From NCBI GenBank assembly GCA_043797085.1, contig JAZDQA010000011.1, positions 64,001-128,000 on the forward strand: a stretch of 64,000 bases of DNA, in the 5' to 3' direction. This document shows positions 28,118-37,689 of this stretch, piece by piece. Position 1 is the first letter of the stretch; each line of letters begins with the position of its first letter. The notes below the pieces were generated by a model. It searched no databases. It was given only the letters and a program-made list of their open reading frames with translations, and had not been told where the DNA came from. A program made the position numbers and the translations under genes. Origin of the DNA: Pseudomonadota bacterium. Its GTDB lineage: Bacteria; Campylobacterota; Campylobacteria; Campylobacterales; Sulfurimonadaceae.

Positions 28118-29212
28118 GTGGGAAAAGTATTCGATCAAATCATAATGATGGAGAACGCCTTGGATGCTTTCAGACTGATTCGAAAAGGGCATTCAGAAGA
28201 TTATTCGATGCTCAAGTTCGAAAGCAACCTGATGGCCAATATCCAAACGATTGTCGGGAGCATAAAAGACGGGACCTACTCCGTAAAGGGGTATCGGATA
28301 CTCGTCGTGCGAGAACCGAAAGAGCGAAATATTTACGCACCTTATATTGAGGATCGATTAGTACAGCAGATGATCTACAGCGCCATCGAACCTTTTCTTG
28401 ACCGAAAGATGGACCATTATTCCGGTGCATGCAGGATTGGAAAAGGGGTTGAGTTTTCACGTAAAAGTACTCAGCGCATGATGCGTTATCGCGATTCAAT
28501 TTGGTATGTCAAGCTCGACATTGATAAGTTTTTTGCGTCTATCGATCACGATGTTCTCAAAAGCATACTTGCAAAGCATATCCGGGACAAAGCCGTGCTA
28601 GAACTGCTTGAGTGTTTTATCGGGAACGGTTTCGGGGACAAGGGGATACCGATCGGCAATCTGCTCAGTCAGCTCTTCGCCAACTTGTATCTCAATGAAC
28701 TCGATCAGTTTGTCCGGCACGATACTAAAGCCGTCCATTATGTTCGGTATATGGATGATTTTATCTGTTTTGCCAAAGATAAAGAATCTGCCCGTGAGTT
28801 AAAGATAGAAGCGATCCGCTTCGTTAATGAACAGCTGAAGCTGAACATTGATAACCGAAAGGTGAAACTTCAAAAGGTTAAACACGGGATCACGTTCCTG
28901 GGGTGCAAGATAAAGGCAAAAAAGATGTTTTTGTCCAAGACGAAAATCAAGAAGATCCGCCATCGGATCAAGCGGTACATTCAAAGCGGATGTTCCACCC
29001 CGATGCAGCATTCGTTCGCGAATATTGTTCCGGAGGATGATACGTTTGTTTTGGCAAAAATATTCCATGTCTACAATGAATTCGCAGGGCGCGGCGAAAA
29101 GCTCCTCATGCTTAAGGCATGCTCTAAAAAGTTCAATGTGTTCATGTCAGGTCAATACCTATTTATAGGTGGCGCAAAAAAGTTATCAAAAATTAAGGAG
29201 GTAACACTATGA
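28118..29212 (+). CDS. DGR reverse transcriptase
   Basis: EPKER.I, DRLVQ, KLDIDKFF, GIPIGNLLSQLFANLYL, YVRYMDD, FLG; GTG start. Confidence 0.95.
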   Translation: MGKVFDQIIMMENALDAFRLIRKGHSEDYSMLKFESNLMANIQTIVGSIKDGTYSVKGYRILVVREPKERNIYAPYIEDRLVQQMIYSAIEPFLDRKMDHYSGACRIGKGVEFSRKSTQRMMRYRDSIWYVKLDIDKFFASIDHDVLKSILAKHIRDKAVLELLECFIGNGFGDKGIPIGNLLSQLFANLYLNELDQFVRHDTKAVHYVRYMDDFICFAKDKESARELKIEAIRFVNEQLKLNIDNRKVKLQKVKHGITFLGCKIKAKKMFLSKTKIKKIRHRIKRYIQSGCSTPMQHSFANIVPEDDTFVLAKIFHVYNEFAGRGEKLLMLKACSKKFNVFMSGQYLFIGGAKKLSKIKEVTL

Positions 29213-30309
29213 GTTTAAATTTTGGAATTAACGGAAGCATCAGCGTCAATGCTGCGCGTCCGATAACAGTCGATTCGACAACCCCGATCGCTATCGTAGC
29301 GACAACGGATATTGTCAATCTTGGAATAAAGTTTTTCGGTAATGCTGAATTGGCACGTTTAGAGTATTCCGCTTCGACAGCCGGTACTCTTATCTCAGCA
29401 CTCGATGCGATCATTGCCCAGGGTGTTCGTTGTCCGATCATTCTTAATATGCTAGATGATTCAGCAACAGATATACAGGTGATAGCAGCGATTAATGCTC
29501 TATCGACCTCTGAAGCCATTACAGGATATCGACCTGATCTTATTATTGCTCCTGGGTTCTCTAGTTCTGCTGCGGTAGGTGCCGCGATGGATGCTATTGC
29601 ATCACGTCTATGGTGTACTGCTATCGTCGATGTGACTGCAACGACTGAGAGTTTAGCACTATCGTTTGCCGGTAACTTCGGAAGCCGTCACGTTCTCCTC
29701 GTTGGTCCCGAATCGATCAGCATTGGTGGGATCGGTATGGCACCATCGGCAGTCTATGCCGGTGTGATCGCGGCGATGGATGCTTCCAATCCATTTGGAT
29801 GGGCAGAGTCTGCATCAAACCGTATTGCCAAAGGGGTTAGCTCAACAACCCGCATCGTCGATTATGCGGACGGTCAGGATTCGGAAGCACGTCGTCTTCG
29901 TAATGCCGGTGTCGCATCAATCGTTCGTGATGTGGGCTGGCGTACTTTTGGTTTTGAGACCACCGACATCGATCCGATCTGGTCACCGCTGAATCGTGTA
30001 CGCTCGTTTTACAAAATGCTTCGCGGCATGATCTTAGCTTCAAAATGGGCGCGTGACCGTGGAGCTGATGAGCTTCTCATGGTTAAACAATCAGTCGAAG
30101 AGTTTATGCGCGGTTTGAAAGGTGCGGGTGTCGTTCTCGGATTCGAGGCGTATTTCGATACTGAAAAGAACACAAAAACAACCGTCACCAATGGACAGTT
30201 TTATTTGACAGTAGAGGTTCAGGATATGCCAACGATCCGTGAACTTAACATCGAGCTTGTCTATGTAGACAATTACAGTGACGTTCTTCTCAACGTCATT
30301 AACGGTTAA
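29209..30309 (+). CDS. Tail sheath protein
   Basis: P2 FI-like: LIIAPGF, GWAESASN, GWRTFG. Confidence 0.88.
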   Translation: MSLNFGINGSISVNAARPITVDSTTPIAIVATTDIVNLGIKFFGNAELARLEYSASTAGTLISALDAIIAQGVRCPIILNMLDDSATDIQVIAAINALSTSEAITGYRPDLIIAPGFSSSAAVGAAMDAIASRLWCTAIVDVTATTESLALSFAGNFGSRHVLLVGPESISIGGIGMAPSAVYAGVIAAMDASNPFGWAESASNRIAKGVSSTTRIVDYADGQDSEARRLRNAGVASIVRDVGWRTFGFETTDIDPIWSPLNRVRSFYKMLRGMILASKWARDRGADELLMVKQSVEEFMRGLKGAGVVLGFEAYFDTEKNTKTTVTNGQFYLTVEVQDMPTIRELNIELVYVDNYSDVLLNVING

Positions 30310-30319
30310 GGAGTAAACA

Positions 30320-30817
30320 ATGGCTAAATCACGTCAAATCTTTCGCGATATGAACATCCTCGTGGATGGTATCGGCAACGTTGGAGTCAGCAAATCATGC
30401 GAACTCCCAAAAATCGAGTATCTCACGATCGAACGTGACGGTGCGATGGCAATGGAGGAAGTGATCCCCCTCATCAAAGCGATGAGTGCGAAGATCGTCC
30501 TCAACGAATACAACCCATTGGCATTCGTTGCAGCCAGTAACCTATTTGGACTCGGAACGCTGATCATCATTAAAGGGTCTACAGTACAGGATGGTAAATC
30601 TATCCCAGTACTCGCAACCCTTGGTGGAAGCGTCAAGGTTATTGAGTCTCCAATTCCTGAGCGAGGCAAAGAAGTAGAGATGACACTTGAGATCGCAGTA
30701 ACTTCGTATGCGCTTGTAGTAAACAACATTCCGCAAGTTGCGATCGATGTCAAAAACATGGTGTGCGTCATCGGTGGCGTTGATTTGTATGCTGAGCTTC
30801 GCGCTCATATTTTGTAG
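30320..30817 (+). CDS. Tail tube protein (P2 FII-like)
   Basis: ELPKI and IDVKNMV..IGGVD; follows sheath. Confidence 0.85.
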   Translation: MAKSRQIFRDMNILVDGIGNVGVSKSCELPKIEYLTIERDGAMAMEEVIPLIKAMSAKIVLNEYNPLAFVAASNLFGLGTLIIIKGSTVQDGKSIPVLATLGGSVKVIESPIPERGKEVEMTLEIAVTSYALVVNNIPQVAIDVKNMVCVIGGVDLYAELRAHIL

Positions 30818-30827
30818 GGGGTAGACG

Positions 30828-31109
30828 ATGGCTGAAGAAAAAAAAGGATTGCCGGATTATGTTTCGGACGGTGCTGATGGAGCAAAAGTTGTCACTTTAA
30901 CGGATGCAACAAAAGTTACCATGCGTGAGCCTACAGTTAATGACATGATCGTTTCTGAGGATGAAAGCAAAGCGAAAAGCGAAGTTACACTCATCAGTAA
31001 TCTATGTATGTTAACTCCGGCTGATGTTCGGGCAATGAAGATTAAAAACTACACTCGCCTACAGGTGGTACTCGCGCATTTTTTGTACTCCCAAGACGAG
31101 AATGCATAA
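30828..31109 (+). CDS. Tail assembly chaperone (GpE-like)
   Basis: VTMREPTVND and LISNLC; between tube and tape measure. Confidence 0.8.
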   Translation: MAEEKKGLPDYVSDGADGAKVVTLTDATKVTMREPTVNDMIVSEDESKAKSEVTLISNLCMLTPADVRAMKIKNYTRLQVVLAHFLYSQDENA

Positions 31110-31240
31110 GCATAATGGCTTTAGTGGGGCACTGGCTTCATTTTAGCTACACCGACATGCTCGGTATGAAGGTTTCTATTTTATTGGATTTTTTTGATGA
31201 GGCGGTATCGCTCGCAGAAAGTTCAAAAGGGCAGCAATAA
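30828..31240 (+). CDS. -1 frameshift-extended tail chaperone (E+E')
   Basis: Slippery TTTTTTG at 31079-31085; -1 frame open to TAA 31238-31240, encoding MALVGHWLHFSYTDMLGM... Confidence 0.75.
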
Positions 31241-31397
31241 AACTGGAAACGATAACCGCTCCTCCGAAATAAGGAGATGCGCTATCGAATCCAAACGCAG
31301 ATACGATCAGGGAAATAAATACCCCGATAAAGACAATTCCTATGATGGACATGGCAAACGTTGACATGGCTTTGATAGTAATGATGAAATTTTCCAT
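31176..31397 (-). CDS. Small two-TM membrane moron, antisense to the tail operon
   Basis: 73 aa with two hydrophobic helices; TGCTATACT extended -10 ends 6 nt before the ATG. Confidence 0.55.
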   Translation of the reverse strand: MENFIITIKAMSTFAMSIIGIVFIGVFISLIVSAFGFDSASPYFGGAVIVSSFIAALLNFLRAIPPHQKNPIK

Positions 31398-31429
31398 AAA
31401 AAAAGTATAGCACAGACAAGGAAAACACA

Positions 31430-33691
31430 ATGGATAAGATGCTGGCACTCGGAATCGTATTAAGCGCAAAAGATATGTTCTCCCCAGTGCTATCAAAGCT
31501 CAATGGTGGGATCGGTGATGTTCTAAAAAAAACCGATGCAATGGCTTCCAAAAAAGTCGACTTGAATCAAAAGCTCGATAAAGCCACGCTCTCTGCATAT
31601 GGTTTGGATAGACAGATCAAAGAGATAGATGATGAGCTGAAAGTACTCAATGCCAAAAAAATAAAACTGGATGAGCAATTCAAGTCAGGGGAAATATCTG
31701 CCGAAAAGTTCGGTGCAGAACTCAGCAAGGTCGAACGTAAAAAATCACTACTTGATTCTAAAAAGATGCGATTATCAAGCGACCTGGATGCAACTACCCA
31801 AAGTGCTAAAAAACTTGAAGCCGAACTTAACAAAATAGATAAAGCCACACGCTTTGAAAAAATAGGGAAAGCACTTAAAGAAATCCCAAAAAATGCTACT
31901 CTAGCAGGTACTGCTTTAATAGGGGTAAGCGTTGCTTCACGTGGGGCTGCTGAAACCGTTATCAAATCATATGTTGATTTTGAAGATGAACAAACCCAGT
32001 TAAAAAATACACTCATGAAAAGTGATGGCACAGTAAGCCCATTTTTTAAATCAATTAGTAATGAGGCAACAAAACTTGGGAATGCATTGCCAGGGACTAC
32101 AGCTGACTTCTTCAAAATGGCATCGACGCTCAAATCGCTTGGAGTTGAAGAGAAGAGTATTGTAGGAGGTGCTCTTAAATCAGCAGCATACCTTGGAGCT
32201 GTTTTAAAAATACCATACGAAGAAGCTGCTACAGCTACGGCTAAATTTAAAGAAGCAATGGGGATAGCAGATAATGAACTACTCCCATTTATTGATGATA
32301 TTCAGCGTCTATCGCACATGGGTGTCCAAGTTGGAGAAATGAGTTTTGCATTCTCGAAGATCGGGGCAACGATGAAAGGTCTTGGCATGAGTGGGCTTAA
32401 AGCGGCTCGGGATGTTGAACCCCTAATCGGCATGTTGATCAAGGCAGGATTCTCAGGCGAGACGGTAGGTACAAACCTAGGAAACATTATGAAAGATGCT
32501 GTCTCATTTAAAGGTTCAAAAGACCTTGACGCAATGGGAATCAAACTAAATTTCAATGATGCAAACGGTAATTTTAAAGGTACCGAAAATATGATCAAGC
32601 AACTCGAGAAACTGAAAGCTATCAAAAGTGATGCTGCACGTTTAAGTGCTGTAGAGTCCATATTTGGAAAAGGTGAAGCCTCTACTATGGTCAACGTTCT
32701 AATCAATAAAGGTACATCAGGGCTTGTAGAGTTTAATAAGCAGATGAAAGTTCAGGCGGATATCAATCAACGTGCTGCTGAATCATCAAAAACATTAGGA
32801 TCGATGTGGGAGGCAATGACCGGAACCGTAACTAATTTGTTTGCGCTCATAGGTGGGAGTTTATCACCTGAGATGAAATCCCTTACCGAATGGTTTGGGA
32901 ACTCTGCCGCAGCTATCAGCAGCTTTGGGGAAAAACACCCCGTAATAACAAAATTTGTAGGAGGAGCAGTTGTAGGACTTACAATCGTTACTGGAGTGCT
33001 TGGTGCTGTAGGTATAGCAGTAGGAGCTCTTACGTTTGCCGTCGGAGCTTTAGGTATAACCAGTATGGCCACATTTGGAATTGTCCTCGGAGCAGCAGCT
33101 TTAATTGGTGGGGCTGCATTTTTGATAATTAGTAATTGGGAACCTATCAAGGGATGGTTTCAAGGTATATTTGAAAATATTAAGACAGCTGCTTCAACAT
33201 CTTGGGAGTATTTAAAAGGGATATTTTCATGGACACCACTAGGGATGGTTATAAATAACTGGACCCCAATAGTATCTACGTTTCAGGCAATTATAGGGGC
33301 AATATCAAAGCCGTTTACAGTTTTCTTTGATTGGATTGAATCGAAATTCAAGGCAGTATCAGAGACTGTAAATAGCGTTGGTTCATTTTTTGGGATGTCT
33401 ACCGGTCAAGCCCCTACTCCAAGAACCGTTAGGATCCCAGCAAACACAACTTCAACTCCAGCAAGTGCTAGAACAGCAGTAGAAAACCGAACAGACAATA
33501 TACAACAAAGGATAGCATCAGTTCCAACTAGATCTCAATCCATGAATAACAATGTAACGGTAAATATATCAAACCCTAGCTTTGCCAATGCAGCACAGGC
33601 TGTTGCTACTCAAAAACAGATCGATGAGCAGGTTCGCAAAGCCCTGGCAAAACAGAAAAATGATAAAGCAGATAGGGGGTATGCGTCATGA
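31430..33691 (+). CDS. Tail tape measure protein
   Basis: 753-aa Ala/Gly-rich helical protein with a TM region and NWEPIK repeats. Confidence 0.92.
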   Translation: MDKMLALGIVLSAKDMFSPVLSKLNGGIGDVLKKTDAMASKKVDLNQKLDKATLSAYGLDRQIKEIDDELKVLNAKKIKLDEQFKSGEISAEKFGAELSKVERKKSLLDSKKMRLSSDLDATTQSAKKLEAELNKIDKATRFEKIGKALKEIPKNATLAGTALIGVSVASRGAAETVIKSYVDFEDEQTQLKNTLMKSDGTVSPFFKSISNEATKLGNALPGTTADFFKMASTLKSLGVEEKSIVGGALKSAAYLGAVLKIPYEEAATATAKFKEAMGIADNELLPFIDDIQRLSHMGVQVGEMSFAFSKIGATMKGLGMSGLKAARDVEPLIGMLIKAGFSGETVGTNLGNIMKDAVSFKGSKDLDAMGIKLNFNDANGNFKGTENMIKQLEKLKAIKSDAARLSAVESIFGKGEASTMVNVLINKGTSGLVEFNKQMKVQADINQRAAESSKTLGSMWEAMTGTVTNLFALIGGSLSPEMKSLTEWFGNSAAAISSFGEKHPVITKFVGGAVVGLTIVTGVLGAVGIAVGALTFAVGALGITSMATFGIVLGAAALIGGAAFLIISNWEPIKGWFQGIFENIKTAASTSWEYLKGIFSWTPLGMVINNWTPIVSTFQAIIGAISKPFTVFFDWIESKFKAVSETVNSVGSFFGMSTGQAPTPRTVRIPANTTSTPASARTAVENRTDNIQQRIASVPTRSQSMNNNVTVNISNPSFANAAQAVATQKQIDEQVRKALAKQKNDKADRGYAS

Positions 33692-34071
33692 ACACTGTAA
33701 TGGCAATGATCTCAACGTTCGCGTTTGACTTATCAAGTAGAGACTTTAACCGGCTCGATCGTACACGAAGCTACAACTTTGCAGAAATACAAAAAGCTCA
33801 AGATCACCCAGGCCTACAGTCTATCGGAAAAGATATGGAAGAAATCACAATTAGTGGAAGTCTAACAACGCTTAGATCAGGAATAGATCCTCTCGATGAT
33901 CTCTACACGATAGCAGATCAAAAAGATCCGGTCCCATTTGTAATGGGGTACGGTGTCGTTGTAGGTGATTTCCTAATAACAAAGATCAGTGAGGGCAAAT
34001 CGATCTTCCTGGATGATGGTGTTCACATTCAAATGGAGTTCAGCATCGATCTCAAAAAGGTGTACCTATGA
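33688..34071 (+). CDS. P2 GpU-like tail protein
   Basis: LQSIG...ITISG, GYG...GDF.I, F..DG. Confidence 0.8.
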   Translation: MNTVMAMISTFAFDLSSRDFNRLDRTRSYNFAEIQKAQDHPGLQSIGKDMEEITISGSLTTLRSGIDPLDDLYTIADQKDPVPFVMGYGVVVGDFLITKISEGKSIFLDDGVHIQMEFSIDLKKVYL

Positions 34072-34268
34072 AATATGCTATAGCAACTCAGGGTGATCGT
34101 CTCGATCAAATCGTATATCAGTATTATAAAACGCTTGACGTACTAGGCGAGGTAATGATGAGCAACCCTGATCTGCTCAATAAGCCTATCCTCGATGAGG
34201 GTGATCGTGTAGCTCTCCCAGATATAGCTATCGAAGCTCAATCTGAAACTGGGGTGAGTTTATGGTAA
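34068..34268 (+). CDS. Tail protein X
   Basis: QGDRLDQI.Y.YY, NP.L and C-terminal LW. Confidence 0.85.
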   Translation: MKYAIATQGDRLDQIVYQYYKTLDVLGEVMMSNPDLLNKPILDEGDRVALPDIAIEAQSETGVSLW

Positions 34269-35206
34269 AGCATCCTGATTTTAAGATCATCGTAAACGAC
34301 AAAGACGTTACCGAAAGCCTGCGACCTTATTTAGTAAGTGTTGAATATACCGACGATATCGATGATGAAGCGGATGGGCTTACTTTGCGATTTCAGGGTG
34401 AGAATTTCAAGCCTCCATCGTTTAATGATTCGCTCAAGGTATGGCTTGGATACCGTGAAGGGCTTTGGTATATCGGTTCATTTTCCGTTTTAAAGTCACG
34501 TATCGAGTTTGAGACGTTGGAAGTAGAAGTCACTGCAACGCCTGTCAATTTTGGAAGCGACATAAAAGAGAAGCGGACCATGTCTTATGACAACGTAACG
34601 CTTGATCAGATTTTAAACAAGATAGCTAAACGGTACAAGCTGTCAGTAAAAAACAGCTTCCCAAAGCGTGCCTACAAACACAAAAGCCAAACCAATCAAA
34701 GCGACTTGGATTTCATGCAGCGGTTGGCGAAAGAGAGCGGTGCAACATTCGCCATCAAAAACAATACGATCATTTTTCGTCCTAAAAATGGGAGTGATGG
34801 TGACAAAGAGCTTCCCTCTGTTTCCATCGATGCAAAGCTGACAAAAGGGTTGTGGTTCGAAACCCTTGATAAAACAGCATACGGATCATGCGTCGCTTCA
34901 TGGCATAGCACGAAAGATAATAAAACCCAGAGCGTTACAGTCGGTAAAGGTAAACCAGTGCTGCACATCAAGAGCACATTCAAAGATGCAAGTGATGCCA
35001 GGATGAAAGCATTAGCCCGATTAGATGAGTCAAAACGCGGGGAAGCACGCGGTGGCTTTGAGGGTGAGGGGATGAATATTGTCGCTGGCTCAAAGGTTCA
35101 ATTATCCAATCTACCTCCTGGATGGCAGTCAGCGTTTGGTATCAAACAAGTACGTCATTCATGGGGAGATAGTGGATACACGGTAAACGTTGAGTTTGAA
35201 AGTTAG
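34262..35206 (+). CDS. GpD-like late control/baseplate hub protein
   Basis: VWLGY, QTNQSDLDFMQRLA, VRHS...GY. Confidence 0.85.
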   Translation: MVKHPDFKIIVNDKDVTESLRPYLVSVEYTDDIDDEADGLTLRFQGENFKPPSFNDSLKVWLGYREGLWYIGSFSVLKSRIEFETLEVEVTATPVNFGSDIKEKRTMSYDNVTLDQILNKIAKRYKLSVKNSFPKRAYKHKSQTNQSDLDFMQRLAKESGATFAIKNNTIIFRPKNGSDGDKELPSVSIDAKLTKGLWFETLDKTAYGSCVASWHSTKDNKTQSVTVGKGKPVLHIKSTFKDASDARMKALARLDESKRGEARGGFEGEGMNIVAGSKVQLSNLPPGWQSAFGIKQVRHSWGDSGYTVNVEFES

Positions 35207-35209
35207 GAG

Positions 35210-35497
35210 GTGTTGATGTCAAAAGATTACTGCTCATGGTTCCCGGAGAGAATATGTGGTACTGATATATCCAAGTGCTGTAAGAAGCACGACAATGACT
35301 GCGGCATGGCTGGATCATTTAATTTTGTGAAACATCAGATTGACTTCTATCGATGCCTAAGTTTAAAAGTATGTGTTTTATGGGCGGTATTGATCACCTC
35401 GGGAGGGACACTGTTTTGTCTCATAAAAAGCCCTTGGTTGATCTACAAAAAGATCAAATATCGAATCACTGTAGATCGTGATTCAGTTAGAAATTAA
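35210..35497 (+). CDS. Hypothetical Cys-rich protein with PLA2-like CCxxHD motif
   Basis: DYCSWFP...CCKKHD. Confidence 0.45.
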   Translation: MLMSKDYCSWFPERICGTDISKCCKKHDNDCGMAGSFNFVKHQIDFYRCLSLKVCVLWAVLITSGGTLFCLIKSPWLIYKKIKYRITVDRDSVRN

Positions 35498-35507
35498 AGG
35501 ATAAACA

Positions 35508-35804
35508 GTGAAAGCATTATTTCTTATGATACTGCTCAGTATAGCATGCATAGCTATTGAAGAGGACAAAGTAAAACACTTCGCAGGTTCTATGGCCATT
35601 GCAAGCGTAGGAAGTGGATTAGCTAAGCACTATGGATCAAGCCCAGTAGAAGCTTGGTTTATTGGGTTTGGTACATCTATTATCGTAGGTATCGCTAAAG
35701 AGCGTATAGACGGAAGTGGATATGGCAGTGAGGACATCCATGATGTCTACGCAGATACATTAGGTGCCTCCATAGGAGCAACCTTATTCTCATTGGAGTT
35801 CTGA
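35508..35804 (+). CDS. YfiM-like membrane protein
   Basis: DKVKHF, G.AKE..D and D.YAD.LG motifs. Confidence 0.55.
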   Translation: MKALFLMILLSIACIAIEEDKVKHFAGSMAIASVGSGLAKHYGSSPVEAWFIGFGTSIIVGIAKERIDGSGYGSEDIHDVYADTLGASIGATLFSLEF

Positions 35805-35805
35805 A

Positions 35806-36066
35806 ATGAAAAAAGTAATGTTGGTTGTAATGTTAATGATGATGGTAGTAATGAGTGGGTGTACTCCCGCAACGGTTGATTTTATGGAGTCAATGCAAGT
35901 TGATGGACAGCATCAGAAAGCCTTGGAATTCTTGGGTGATGATAAGGGTACACTTGTTTATAAGGCAACTCCTAAAGCTAAAGAGTGCCTACGAGCAAAG
36001 ATGGTCGAGCGTGGGTATTATCTTGTACAGGATGATATTGATTGTTTTGATAATGAGGTTCGGTGA
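35806..36066 (+). CDS. Putative lipoprotein
   Basis: Signal peptide ending MSGC. Confidence 0.6.
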   Translation: MKKVMLVVMLMMMVVMSGCTPATVDFMESMQVDGQHQKALEFLGDDKGTLVYKATPKAKECLRAKMVERGYYLVQDDIDCFDNEVR

Positions 36067-36353
36067 TGGACTGGCAATGGATAGCTAATGGCGCTTTTGT
36101 AATTTTAGGTATTGTGGGTACTGCACTTTATAACTCACTTAAAAATAATATGGATAACTCATTTAAATCAGTTAATGAAAGTATCCATGAAATAGAGCTT
36201 GATGCTTCAAAGTTGACAGAGAAAGTCCAAGCAGTTGAACTTTTAGTAGCTGGAAATTATGTGATGAAATCTGAATTTGAAGCAAAGATGGACGCAATGC
36301 TTAAAAAGCTTGACAAGATTTTTGACAAGCTGGATGGAAAGGCAGATAAATAA
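36063..36353 (+). CDS. Single-TM coiled-coil lysis-region protein
   Basis: N-terminal TM segment; C-terminal YV.K.EF...LDKI.DKLD.KADK. Confidence 0.55.
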   Translation: MMDWQWIANGAFVILGIVGTALYNSLKNNMDNSFKSVNESIHEIELDASKLTEKVQAVELLVAGNYVMKSEFEAKMDAMLKKLDKIFDKLDGKADK

Positions 36354-36523
36354 TGGAAGAATATAAAGGTATTAACCGCGATCAGTTCCCAGCTTGGCAG
36401 GGATGGAAGATTGTCGATGACTATAAAAGACTTGATGCAGATGCTTACGTCATAGTAAACCTTTGTGAAAACAATGGCCAGCTTCAGCAGCTGGTAGCTC
36501 AATTTTACGAAGGAGGTAAATAA
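36353..36523 (+). CDS. Small hypothetical protein (56 aa, absent from ORF track)
   Basis: MEEYKGINRDQFPAW...; TAATG overlaps at both ends. Confidence 0.55.
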   Translation: MEEYKGINRDQFPAWQGWKIVDDYKRLDADAYVIVNLCENNGQLQQLVAQFYEGGK

Positions 36524-37089
36524 TGGCACAGTTTGAAGTCGCACATGCAAGAACATCGTCAAATGAGGGAGGATATGCGAATAACATCAAAGACCGAGGT
36601 GGTGAAACCTTTCATGGAATTGCTCGAAAATACTGGCCAAAATGGACGGGGTGGGTACTAATCGATGCTCAAAGATCAAAATTTCCAAAAGAGATTCATA
36701 GCTCTAAAAACTGGAAACACGTTGACAAAATACTCAATGAGATACCACGCTTAAAAGAGCTTGTACGATCATTCTATAAAGCCAACTTTTGGGATGACAT
36801 CGAGGGAGATCGTATCAATTCTCAAGAAGTAGCCAATACTCTCTATGACTGGGCGGTAAACAGCGGCGAAGGTTCACCAGCAAAAGCGATTCAACGGATT
36901 ATCGGTGCGACAGCTGATGGTGATATCGGTCCTGCAACTGCCTTGAAGATTAATACTTATCCGGATCAGTTATCTTTACCAGGTATGTTGAGAGAAAAAC
37001 GGGTACAGCTTGTTAGAGATATTGTTAAAAATGATCCAAGCCAAATCGTGTTTTTGAAGAACTGGGTTGAAAGGGCAAAGTATGCTTAA
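36523..37089 (+). CDS. Endolysin, glycoside hydrolase 108 family
   Basis: EGGYAN..DRGGET..GI, D.AVNSG, DG.IGP.T, FLKNW..R. Confidence 0.9.
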   Translation: MAQFEVAHARTSSNEGGYANNIKDRGGETFHGIARKYWPKWTGWVLIDAQRSKFPKEIHSSKNWKHVDKILNEIPRLKELVRSFYKANFWDDIEGDRINSQEVANTLYDWAVNSGEGSPAKAIQRIIGATADGDIGPATALKINTYPDQLSLPGMLREKRVQLVRDIVKNDPSQIVFLKNWVERAKYA

Positions 37090-37327
37090 AAATACCATGT
37101 ACGAAATATTTTCACCGGATGGTAAATTATCATCTTCACGCATAGGATTTTTTATTGCATTGATAGCTGTCATCATTTTTGCCGGCTATGATACATGGAT
37201 CAATAAGCGTCTTGATATTGGTTTAGCTGGGTTAATACTTACAGCTGGAACAACTGGATACGGTATCCATAGGACTACTGAAAAAGGTGAAAAAACAGAA
37301 ATAACACCATCGGGAGGCGGGCAATGA
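37082..37327 (+). CDS. Putative holin
   Basis: Two TM segments and DGKLSSSR; adjacent to endolysin. Confidence 0.6.
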   Translation: MLKNTMYEIFSPDGKLSSSRIGFFIALIAVIIFAGYDTWINKRLDIGLAGLILTAGTTGYGIHRTTEKGEKTEITPSGGGQ

Positions 37328-37689
37328 CTGCTTTATTCTTAAAAGAGTTTTGGCGTGAAATTATCATAGTTATTATGGGTATTACTTTATTCTCAGTATG
37401 GTCCATCTATTCTAATCGTGTTGAGGAACGCGATAATACTATCACGAAAATGACTGTCGAGGCAAAACTTGGAGAGATCCAACAGGATGCATTACGTAAA
37501 GCAATTATAGATCAAAGTGATGCCGTAGAAAAACAGCGCATCGATGCTGAAAAACGTGCTGCTAAATTTAAAGCGGAATCAAAGCGGATCTGGTTGGACT
37601 TTGAGCGTACTAAATTAGACGTGCAAAATCTATCCGGGGATGCAGAGTGTGAAGCTATGCGTAATATTGTAAGGGAGGCAGTGCAATGA
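37324..37689 (+). CDS. Putative i-spanin (Rz-like)
   Basis: N-terminal TM, coiled coil and C-terminal Cys. Confidence 0.6.
   Translation: MTALFLKEFWREIIIVIMGITLFSVWSIYSNRVEERDNTITKMTVEAKLGEIQQDALRKAIIDQSDAVEKQRIDAEKRAAKFKAESKRIWLDFERTKLDVQNLSGDAECEAMRNIVREAVQ

Noticed and set aside
28118..29212. RT as a group II intron or retron enzyme
   Set aside because: The avd-TR-RT order, the GNLLSQ motif and A-only TR/VR mismatches fit a DGR; no intron or msr-msd features were seen.
31567..33150. Long antisense ORFs within the tape measure gene and other structural genes
   Set aside because: Shadow frames of well-supported genes with no recognisable motifs.
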